From Callorhinchus milii (lineage: Eukaryota), in NCBI RefSeq assembly GCF_018977255.1, contig NW_024704742.1, forward strand, positions 37,264,001-37,328,000: 64,000 nt of DNA. Reading direction: 5' to 3'. Positions 1 to 12,200 of this stretch are shown here, one piece after another (positions within the stretch are counted from its first letter, which is position 1; each line of letters opens with the position of its first letter). Both the position numbers and the translations under genes were made by a program. The notes under the pieces were generated by a model. The model saw nothing but the letters and a program-made list of their open reading frames with translations, had not been told where the DNA came from and did not search any database.

Positions 1-172
1 TGAAAATAGTTTCTAGCAAACTGCCGTGACTAGAATGTGCAGGTTCTTATGATTGGATCTGCTTATAATCTATATCAATTTAACATGAAGACTTCTTATA
101 GGACTACTGAAGTAATCCAACCGTATCTCTGCCAAACTTGAATGTATTTTTCCCCTGCCTTATTTGATTCAG

Positions 173-289
173 ACATCACTGCCAAAGAAGCTGAAGCTCT
201 GCAGTCCTTGTTGGATGTTATTCATCAAGAAGCCAATAAACTTTCTTGTTTCAGCCCAATAAACTCTCCAACAAAAATTCCACAGCCAG
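173..289 (+). CDS. PTPN13: PTPN13 exon (phase 1-1): [23 protein letters not shown]...
   Basis: ttcag| acceptor, |gtaacc donor, 117 nt; resembles human EAEVIQSLLDVVDEEA. Confidence 0.85.
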
Positions 290-3200
290 GTAACCTCTTC
301 TAAGGGTTCGGGGGAGGGGAAGGGAAATTTATTTGATGATCTTTCCACCGTCAGCCTGCTTTGCTTGAATGGAAACTGATGGTGAATTTTAGCTGCATGA
401 AAACATTACTTTATTTTCTGTTACAAAACCAAACTGATACATCTATCTCCGATACTGCTTTTTGTAATTTGGAGCTCAAATAGAAACGGCTTTGCAAACT
501 CCTGAGCTGTCAGTTGTTTGTATGCAGAATCCACAGCAGCCACACAGAAGCAACTATTTTACAGCAAACTCCTGTTAGAGCATCAAGCTGTTTCTTAAAA
601 ATGTCCAAGACTCTAGACTCAATCACTCTTCTTTGTGTCCCTTTGCAACTGCCTATTTGCCTCTGTATAAAGAAATACTTCCTGATGTCGCTGTAAACGT
701 GACCTTCACAGCCATGATCCCTGAACCTTTGCCCTCTTGTCTTTTGGTCTTGGAATATCTGAAATTATTTTACTTATTCTAGCCTTAAATGTCTTGCATA
801 CCTTTACAAGACCTCTCTTTTTAAGACTGAAGAGCCCTATCTTATTGAATCATTCCTCACTGTTCATCTCTTTAACGATGGGGATCAATTTTGTTGCTTC
901 CTCTTAAAAGCCTAGCTAGGTCTTTTCTATCATGGAAACTGGAACTATATACTCCAGGTGCAGCCTAACCAGAGTACTGTACAGCTTAAACATGAATTGC
1001 AGGGATTTGATTTGGCAGAGAAGATCAGCGTTATGTTTGCTTTTCATTGAAAATGGTGATCACAGAGTCGATGTATAATTCCTGGGTCTCTTTCAGGTTA
1101 CCCCTAGAAAAAAATATCCATGAAATACACAAGTCTTCTATCTTTGCTTCTAATATACAGTACTTTGCTTTTGTCCATATTTAGCATCATCTGTGACATA
1201 TCAGCTTAGCTTGATATGTCACAAATTACATATCTACCTCCCCTGAGTCTACAGTTTTCTAGCTTAGTTATCTGTGCATTTAACAACTTTGCACTGAATC
1301 TGCAAATTAAGTTCAATTATGTACATCAATAAGAAGTGTTCCAGCATGGTTCCCTAAGGCACTGCACTCAATAATTCTCCTCCTTTTAACCAAACTCTGT
1401 AATGATTACCCTCTGCTTCCTTCCCTTCAGCTAATTACTAATCTCCATGTCATTTCTTTGAAACACACAGATTTTAGTTAAAAGCATCTTTTGTGTGGTA
1501 CATGTAAAAGCCTTTTGAACATTAGGCTGCACTACTTCATTATGACTTCTTACTATTCAATTTGAATGTCACCTCCTCAAAATTACCTAACGTTGGTTGA
1601 TTAAGATCTACTCCTTCTGAAGCAGAGTTGGCTCTCATTTATTTGGCTATTTTCATACTGGTTCATTACAATTATTGAGGTCCCGTTATTGAAACAATTG
1701 TTCTTTCACCCTCATTGCATGAAGCAACACCATTTGTCCTTTTTCTATTTGATGAAAACTCCACATTGCTCTCTCAAAAAGGTGAGTAATATCTTGTCCA
1801 TGTACCTCATAGCTTTCCAAATTAATACTGGCATCTATTATGCGCCACGTGTAAACCATGTGTGAACACATATATAGAATGGATCAAAAGTACACTTAAA
1901 TTTGTAATTAACAACCAATGAAAGGGACTTGATTGTTAATGACAGAATAAATCCTTTCCTACAAATAGGACAAGATACTGCCCCCCACCCCTCCCACAGG
2001 CACTTTTCTGAACATATCTTCAAATTTTCATAGAGGAAAATCTTTGTATAAAACGACAGTCAACTTAATTTTATGGAAATTACCCATGAGATAAAATATG
2101 AAGAGAACATGGGAGGGTTGGTTATAGTAAATAAACAAAAAACAACTGTTGAAAATTACGCCCACCAGTTGTTTGATCTGGAATGGCATGGGGGGAAGAT
2201 ATGCATGGATATATATGGTCTAATAGAACTCATTTTTTTAAACAAAACAAAACTGCATACATCAGTCAGTCACACGTTGAGCTGAAATGTGCTTTGGGCA
2301 GTGGGGATCACCAGCCTGATCTTTGACATCCCACACAGATGGTCAGTTATGAAGCTGCCGTTGATAAAAACGGTTGTCTCTTAAACAAGTTCAAAGGTTG
2401 AAACATTGGCATTTCAAATTAATGCTCTAGGATCTGGGCAGAGGCAGTTTGAGCAGTTGAAGGGGTCCAGCTGCAAAAGGCAGAGTATAAGGCTGGAGGA
2501 AGCCCAAAAGATTGGGAAATATTTAGCGAGGAGAGGATAAGGAACAAACCCCTGAGAAGGAGAAGATTAAATAAAGCAGATGGTAAGAGTTGAGATATAG
2601 CTTTTTTTTCTCAAAAAACTGTCAAGCTGCCAAGATAGAAATATGACTACATTGAAAAGAAAACATAATTTAGAAAGAAAAAGGATAAAATAATACTGTA
2701 ATAATAGTGCTTGCATTTCATGTAACGCCTTTCATGTCAGGCGGACGTCTCAAAATGCTTCCCAGAATTCACTGTAATGTGTAGTGACTCCGTATTTGTA
2801 GGTGTATGGATAAGATTAAGAGCATAGTTAAGAGTATGATTGAAATAAAAAACTTAATTGAATCAACCAAATGAGATACTGGCTGATACATATGCTGTAC
2901 CAGGTGTGTAATTCATATCTCACACTATAATTGAATTTGGTTAATTTAGATATTAAGACCTTAATTAAGAAAAATATTAATTCAGTGGTAATCAATGAGT
3001 TCTTATGATGATTAAGGAAAGTGATGATTAATTTATTTTTATACAATTTGTATTAATTAGTGCATAGATTGGGTGATCAGAGATTTAATTGAATTTGTTG
3101 TTTTTACAACAAATTCAATTAAATATTTTCAAATAACTTGATATTAATGCACCTAATAAAATGTCATCAGAACATGGGTTAGTCACATTTCCACAAGTCT

Positions 3201-6200
3201 CAATTCACCATTATCTGTCAGTAGATGCCAGGTCATAGTTTTAACATTTGAGTTGATTGTGGATTATCGTGTCTGCAGTGACACATGGCACCTGCTTAAT
3301 CTGTCACCCGCTATTGGATGATTGATAGTTGCTAGGTGCTTGTCAGGCCTCTCTGATGAACCTCATGAGCCATTTGCAATAGTTTTTTTTGTTTCATAGC
3401 AAGAAAGATTGCTTGTATAGCATTGAAAGAATGTTCATTTTTGGGGCGACATCTTCGAGAGAACCAGCCCTTTTGGATTCAATAACCTCCTTCAGACTGG
3501 TTCATTCACAGAGTGTGGGCCCCACAGTTAAGAAACAAGGTACCCTACTCAACCAAATTCCTAGGCTGCTCCTCTCAAGCTTTCCAACAACTATAGTAGC
3601 GAATTTCAACAGTGACCTTTAACTCCACCTCAGAATAGACTCCAATGTAAATGTTCCATTTTCCATACCAGACAATTTGTGCTGAACTCTCCATCTATTT
3701 GAAACTTGCCAGATTTATTTCACATAGGACTCCTATAAATAACAGATAAAGGAGGTTTTCATCCCATCAGTTTAGGGCTGTATTGAACTATGGTTGTAAA
3801 GGTGAAGGGGCTGTTTCGTTCAAATGTGTTCAGTAACAATGTTTAATAAATGTACATCCAAAAACTTATTATGCCAAACACTGATGTGTTCAACAAAAAG
3901 ACTATCTGTATGGTTTTATTTTTTGGACAGAGAACGATGCATATGATATGGTGGGATCTGATGCTCTTAAGTGGATAGGTGGACAGAAGGACCAGGAAAA
4001 GTCTGTTAAATCTGAAGATACAGACTGTGAAGGTTCCTCATTGCCTGAAGACTCTCCTGAGGTAATCTTATTTTTACAACCGACGCTGAAGACCGTTTGT
4101 AACCGGATATGCAGAAAGCACTGAACCGTTTCAGAGACAGAATGGGGACAGAAGGACTGAAAGATTGCAGAGGGAGTTCCTCCTATTTGCCCCTTCCCTC
4201 TCTATCTTCAAAACCCACCTTAAACCTCAGTGACAGTGCTTTTGGCAACCTTTCCCCTTGTCTCTTCAGGTAATTGTTCAGGCCACCTATCAAGTGTGTG
4301 AAGCGCTTTGAGATATCCTCACAACATGAAAGGCTCTATATACAGATAAATCGTCTTTCAAATGGGATCTGGAATAATCTGATGAGTATACACCCAATAC
4401 TCTGGATTAGATTATCCTGACTGCAAACCTGAATTGTTTAGTTGGATAAACAGTCCAGTTTAAGCCATCAATACTGTCCATGATGATGCCAGAATATTTC
4501 TGCGCAACCCTAGACTTCTATTAGGTCTACACTATGATCTTGTGCAGTGTTAATCTCCAAATAGCTGTATACAGCCAAATATAATTGGATGTATATTATG
4601 ATTTTACTTTACTTTTGCTGGATAAACAAGATCACGATATGAAATGTCTAATTTTTAATAGTTAAGTTTTGTATAAATTTGTATGGTTCTATTGAGTTTT
4701 ATTCTTATCACAATAATCTGCACAAAATCTGTGTAAAAGCTGATGTTTGTTCTTTTTATAAGCAGCCAAGAAGAAAAAATGGGTTTCATTCCTCAATGTC
4801 CCCTCCTCTAACAGAAATTGAGAAAGCAATTCAAGAGTGTTCCGTTGAAGATGTGATATCAAAAAGGTAATACACTAAAAGCATGGAAATGTGAAGAGCT
4901 AAGCTCGTACTTGACTGTCATCCTTTACATTTATCTATACATTAGCTTCACATTTACATGGCCAACTTAGTCACCGCGTAATTCACCAGTCGTAACGTGG
5001 AAGACGATTATTTTTAAGAAATGGGGAAACCCGGCTTCCAAATTAATACCGAATTTAAAAATTTTGCATAAATGTTAATTAAAATGGTCTTACAGGCTGA
5101 GGTTTGGAAATCAGGACTGTAATAAATGCATTTCCAAGTAGCGGCTCATGTTCACGTTACAAATTCACTGCATAATGCAACCTTAATGAATGCACATTGA
5201 CTCACAATGTCACAATGCTATGTCACAATGATATATTGAGAGTGTTTTACACAAGCTCAATGTTCCAAGATTAAATAATTGTAATGAATAACAATGTAAT
5301 TATGTTGCATCAAATATTAACTGCAGTAAGCAACGTACCCAGAATCAAGTTGCGGTAAATGTTGGAAGGAATTTATCAACACTTGCAGAAGCTCCAGATT
5401 GGTTCTGACACAGATTTGTGAAGGGCAGGTCAAGCTTGACTTTGAGTGCAGCTGCAATTTGTTATTTTTAGTATTGCAGTATCGAAGTACGCTGGCCTTG
5501 CAGCATCTTAATTCCCTTCTTTGTTTTCATCATAAGGTAACTCTAGGTAAGATCCTTGCCTTGGAGGAAGGCAAAGATCTTTTTCGACCTTTATGTGTAA
5601 TTTTGATCCATAAAAATGTTTGGAGTTTGTGTTGTACCTTGGCTAAATTTTCAGTGAGTTTTCTACTCCCAAATTCCCCAGCCAGGAATCATAAAGTCTA
5701 CTCCAAAATGAAGCAACAATTCAGATTGACGTTTAAAGGTTCCCTGCAACTCATTCTATCATAAAACAGAAGTGTGATTTGAAAGAATAATTGCAGATGT
5801 AGCTCTAGCACTTGTTCTGAAGCATGAAATCATAGACTGAAATCAGCAATTTTATCTTGGTCACTTTAACCACCTTGTGATACACTCATTACTTGATCAT
5901 GTGGTATGTGCTGATCTATATTCACAATGCTGTGCTAACTGAGTGAACCTTTGTTAATTTCTGACAGGGTGCCCAGTATGTCGCAAATGGAAAATATAGA
6001 GGAAGATGAGATTACCTGGGGGAGTGATGAACTACCAATTAATTCGGTTAAGCAAGATCCTTTACCCTTAGGTAAAAAAAAATACATTTTTTCTTTGTTA
6101 ACTGTACTGCATCAACCTTGAACTACAACAACCTTGAGCTGTTTCAGTACATCAACAAATTGCACTGACTTAGTGCCTTTCACATAAAGTGAATGCTCAA

Positions 6201-9200
6201 AGTGCTTCACGAATACTGAGTGGGAATCTGAGCTGGGTGGGAAAGAAGACCAGTAGGGGGTAGATGCCCAAAGGCACGTTCAAAGGTAGTTCTTTAAACT
6301 TCTTTTGAAACCAAAGAAGTAAGGGGTGAAGTGAAGAGATTAAAAGTAGTATTGTTTTATGTGTGAGAAGCTGAGCAAGAAATTGCATTTTATTGAGTAC
6401 ATAAAAATCAATTCTTTAGCAAGCATTTCAGAATCAGATTGACGTAGTGTAGGATTGGGTTTAAAAACATCAATCCATTTTAATCATTATCATTGTGCAT
6501 CTCTGCAGTTTGATAATGTATTTTGTCAGTTTTGCTGTGGTATAAAGATTCAATTATATTGAACTGTTTTCTTGGTATTTCAGATCAACAAAACATAACT
6601 AAAGATGAACTAAACCAGCTTTCTGTGGTAGATACTCCTCCAGGTGGCCAGTACACTGGTTCCAAACTGGAGGCCGTCATTAAAACCCTGCAAGGGCTAT
6701 TGGAACAACACATTCCATTGCAGGAGTTTGAGGTAGGTGTGAAACTAATTTGCAAGTGGTAATTCAGTTATTTGTAAATTCAGAATACTGTTGCACCATG
6801 TACTTGTCCAATATCCAAGTGGGTAAAGACAAGACAATTGAAAATGCAAACAGGATGAGAAGCTATCACCCGGCTCCGCCACTATCTCACACCGCAGGCC
6901 GCAGAAACCCTCATACCTTATTCATAACATCCAGGCTTGACTATGCAAACTCCCTACTTGTCGGCCTTCCCCAACTCTTCTCTAACTCCTCCCTCCATAG
7001 GCTGCAGATTATCCAGAACTCTGCATCTTATGTCCTCTCCCACACCAGGCTCCGTGACCTATCACCGCCATCCTTGCCCGACTCCACTGGCTTCCCATCA
7101 CACAGAGGATACAGTTCAGGATCCTGGTCCTCACCTTCAAAGCACTCCATGGTCTTGCTCCCCCCTATCTCTGCGACCTCCTAACCCCCAACCAACCTGC
7201 TCGCTCCTTCTGCTCAGCAGGCTCCAGCCTGCTTCACATGCCTCGCCCACTGCACCATTGGCGGATGGGCCTTCAGCTATTTTGCCCCCACTCTCTGGAA
7301 CACCAGCACGCAGTACCTCTGCCTCGACCCCTCTCTTGCCTCCTTCAAGGCCCTACTCAAGACTCACCTTTTCAACCGTGTCTTCGGTCACCCTCCTTCC
7401 CCCCGACTGCCTTCCACCCTCCCTAATCCCGCCGCTCAGCTCAGGTCCAAAACACTGATTATCCAGCGTCTTGGGACGTCCTCCCGACGTGAAAAGCGCC
7501 ATACAAATGTAATTTTGTTGTTGTTGTTGCAGATTCAAGTTAATTATCTGATCTCAGTTAGTAGAGCATTTGAGGCACCATGTTTGGCTTCAGAATTCCT
7601 AAATCAGGGTTTCAAAAATTAGCCACAATTCCTGATCATTATTCAGAGGAATCTGCTGGAACGTTTATGGATATTGAGTGAGGATAGGATGGGGTTTGAC
7701 TGTAAACAACCCTTGTGGTTGAATTGCGTATCAAAGATCATGTGAATAATAACCATTAGGGTGAGGAACTGGTGGGTGTCATACACCCATAAACCATCCC
7801 AGTATAGAAAGTCAGATGCCATCGCCATAGGTGAAGCAAAGGGTGAAAATTTGATTGAAAAGAACATCAACAATATCTAATTGTTTGTAAATTTAAAAAA
7901 TTACAAGAGATAGAGTTATGTCATGTTGAAATACGCTTGTATTTTAGGATCTGCAAAACCTGAAGCCTTTGGATGAATGTTTAATTGGGCAATCAAAGGA
8001 AAACAGGAAAAAGAACCGATATAAAAACATACTTCCATGTGAGTATTAACAAGAAGGTTATAATACTGGAGATAATTCATTTTAATTCAGAATTCATTTT
8101 AATATATAATTGTGAGAATTATATATTTCGCTGGCTGATGACTGACAACCTTTTTAGATTAACATAAAAAATCAGTGCAGTCAATGCACTTTACAGTGCA
8201 TCCTGTCTCGATGGCATGAGAAGCCACTCTATAAATAATAATAATAATAATCCTTGTATTTGATATAGCGTCTTATCGTGTCGTTCAGGAGTCTCAAAGA
8301 ATGCAAGGATTATTATTATCTTAATTCAGTGAAGTAAGATGGCAGATACACTTTGGCGGCCAGGATCAGCCTTATGTATGAGGCACACCACAGTTAACTA
8401 AAGTGCTGATACTCACTGGGTTTGCCATAGTGAGAGAAACTAAGGATAGCCGGCACTAATGCAATAGTACTTCAACATAGAATATTACAACGCAGAAGAA
8501 GGCCATTCGGCCCATCGTGCCTGTGCCAGCTCTTTTGAAGAGTTACCCAATCAGTCCCACTCCCCCGCTCTTTCCTCATGTCCTTGAAAATTTTTCCTCT
8601 CCCCAGTACCTATCCAATTCCCTTTTGAAAGTTATTATTGAATCTGCTTCCACCACCCTTTCAGGTAGTGCATTCCATAACAACTCAGAATCTCTAAATC
8701 AGGGTTTCAAAAATTAGCCATGGTTCCTTATCATTATTCAGAGGAACCTGCTGGAACGTGTATGTTTATGGATATTGAGTGAGGATAGGATGGGGTTTGA
8801 CTGTAAATACGCCTTGTGGTTGAATAGCCTGTCAAAGCTCATGTGAATAATGACAATTAGGGTGAGGAACACCCATAAACCATCCCAGTACAGAAAGTCA
8901 GATGCCATCGCTATAGGTGAAGCAAAGGGTGAAAATTTGATTGAAGAGAAGAACCATAACAACTCTCTGTGAAATATATCTTTTCCTCTTCTCCCATCTG
9001 TTTCATCTGCTAATTATCTTGAATCTATGTCCCATGGTTACCAACCCACATGTCGCTGGAACAGTTGCTCCCTATCTACTCTATCAAATCCTTCATCATT
9101 TGGAACACCTCTATTAAATCTCCCCTTAAACTTCTCTGGTCTAAGGAGAAGAATCCCAGCTTTAGTCTTTCCACATAACTAAAGTCCCTCATCCCTGGTA

Positions 9201-12200
9201 CCATTCTGGAAAATCTCATATGCAACCTCTCCAAGGCCTTGATTCGCTTCCTAAAGTGTGGTGCTTAAAAATCAATTAAATTTTTAAAAAATTGCTAAAA
9301 AGATTCAGTTGCTTCAAAGTGAGTCAGAATCTGCAGGAAAATCCTGGAAAGAAAATAATTCCAAACGGGGAAATATTTTTATTCAGCTCATTCAGTCTGT
9401 TGATCTATCTGTTGTTTGGTACTTTTTTCAAATAATCTGTTTGCATGTTCACTTTGGAATGTTCCTTGGCTTCTAGCTGTAAAGCTGATATTCCTACAAT
9501 TGTTAATAATTGTATTTGTTAATGACAGATGATGGCACAAGAGTTCTTCTGGGAGAAGAGCATGGATACGTTAATGCCAGCTTCATAAAAATTCCAGTGG
9601 GTGGAACAAACCATGTATACATTGCATCTCAAGGACCATTGCCTCAAACACTGGCAGACTTTTGGCAGATGGTTTGGGAACAAAAGTCCAATATCATTGC
9701 TATGATGACCCAGGAGGTGGAAGGAGGGAAGATCAAATGTCAAAGATACTGGCCAGAACCTATGGGGAAATCAATAGTATTAGATGAAAGGATTCAGATA
9801 ACCCTTGAGAATTATCAAGCGCAGGAAAACTTTATTATTCGTCATATCAAGATGGATGATTTGGAGGTATGTACATACGATATGAGCTAAATTTAGTTCT
9901 ACTCTTGGTCTCCTAGTAATTTTCTACAACCTTGACTATCCTCCTTTGTGGGAGGGGCGGTGGTGGTAAACTGGGTTTCTTTGGAACTCAGATGCTTCCA
10001 AGCTGATTTATTTGGCAACAAATTGTCAAAGTCCTGCCAGTCAATCTTGGGTCCAGTTCCTGAGCCAGAGTAGTCCCCATTATTCAAAGGCACTGCTGAT
10101 GAAAGACCAGCCAACCTGGCTCATCAGCAGGACTTAAAGTGCTATCACTGGGGGCAAGGATTGTTCCCACTGCACTTCGCTCCTATTAACCCTGCAAGCC
10201 AAAACTCTAATGGATAGAGTAATCCTAGGCGAACAAGCAACAGGAAGGACAGTGCCGGCAATGTTAAGCTATGCAGTTTAACTGGTTAAACTCCATCAGC
10301 ACCCTAACTTATATTTTAGATTCCCCAAACCTTAGCTTTTATCAACCAGCACCTAATATTCCAGAATTAGACAAGCAGGCTATATCTCCCACCCTCACAG
10401 GGAAATTTCCATACGTAGGTGGGTGGCATATGTGTATAGAATTCTGTCTGTTTTGGAAATTTTTAAGCATGTGTCAGACACACTGGCTAACCACAAAAAT
10501 CTACAGCAACTTCTACTGTAACGTGCATGTGTTACAGACTAGTGAGAAGAGGTCAAAAGTGTGAAATGCTTACAGTTGAGTGGCCTGCCAACACTGACTG
10601 CTAAGGCTCACACTTCAGCAATGGCCTGGGAGCCAACCAGTGACCATGGAAGCAAACCGTAACTTGAGAGGCTAAGGGCAGGAGCAGAGGCATATATGCC
10701 TGTGGGCAGAAAAATGGGTTGGACACATTAAATGAAAAGAAAAAGAAAGGCACTGTACATTATTCATTAGAACCTCCTGTAACTACAGTGAAAGCAAAGT
10801 ATAAAACTATTCCTGTGCCAAATCAGGCCATGGTGATTGGGGAGGGAGGAGTATTTTTCACCATTTCTAGCTCCACAGCTATGAGGTCTGAAATCTAATT
10901 GCAAACAAAACTCACTATATCTCACGCTAATTTTAAGGTAGTGGTTACTTATGTTTAACATTTCTGTGGTTTGCTATCAGCTACTTGTGCATTTGCAATA
11001 CTGTTTCTTTCTTGATACAGAGCAGAGAATCACGGCACATAACTCACCTGAACTTTACTGCCTGGCCAGACCATGGGACTCCTGATGGACCAGAGCAGTT
11101 AGTCACCTTGCTGGCGTACATGAGGCACATCCACAGTGCTGGCCCCATCATCACCCATTGCAGTGCAGGCATTGGACGTTCTGGGACTCTCATTTGTCTG
11201 GATGCAGTGTTAGAGTTTATCAGCAGAAATCTAGATGTAAGTGTTCATTCAGAATAGAGAATATTTAAGCAATTCTGAACACTCAATAATCAGCCTTTGT
11301 TAACAAGACAAGGTGGCATCCACTACAGTTAACTGTTACCAGCCAAATGTACAGAAATCTGTAAGATCTTCATGTTCATAAATAATTTTGTAACCTCAGT
11401 TGTATCATTTAACTTGTATTATTCCTCAGCTCAAGAAAGCACTTGATTCTTCTACATAAGGGCGCTTAGCTTACAAAACTATTGTCCTGCCTTTGCCCCT
11501 GATCTTTGAAACTCCATTCCAAAGTCCCTCTGATTTACTCCCATCCTTACCTCGTTCAAGGTCCATCTGAATTGTGCTATCAGTTATCTTTCCCACCATC
11601 CCCACCAGTGCTCTCAACTTGTAATTTTAAGCACCTTGGGATGTCCTCCCAACATGAAAGGAGCTATATAAATGTAAATTTGTATTCTATAAACTAGAAT
11701 TGCAGAATAGATTTGCAAAGCAGAGATAATGCTGAAACACGGCAACCAACTCCATTATATCAGAGTGAATCCAATATTTCACAGGAAAAAGAAGTGTGAA
11801 AAATTGCCTGATTTCTGGGTCATCAGGTTGCTGCCACGCAATGCGCGATCGATCCACAGGAATTGTCACTGGGGTCACTTCCCTTGCAGAGTAATTTCTT
11901 GCACAGAGAAGCATGTACAACCCACAGGAATTGACATCAGAAGTGACCTGACAACAACCCAAGAGTCAGCCTTTTAATAGCACATGAAGCTCGAAGTGTA
12001 TCACACTCCAGTAGCCATGAGTCTACCGAACACTCATATTAGAGGCCAGTCCATGCTCCAGGGAGGCACTTAATAATACGATTGTCTTGTACAGATAAAG
12101 ATAAAATTGAGTTTTAACAGTTGATGAAGGGCAGAGACATGAATGAAACTGCTCCATCTTGTTGGTTGGACAAATTATCAAATACTGCTAATTTCCAATG

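Noticed and set aside
4379..4410. CTGATGA followed by a short hairpin as a hammerhead or C/D-box RNA
   Set aside because: There is no GAAA after the stem and no convincing box D or terminal stem.
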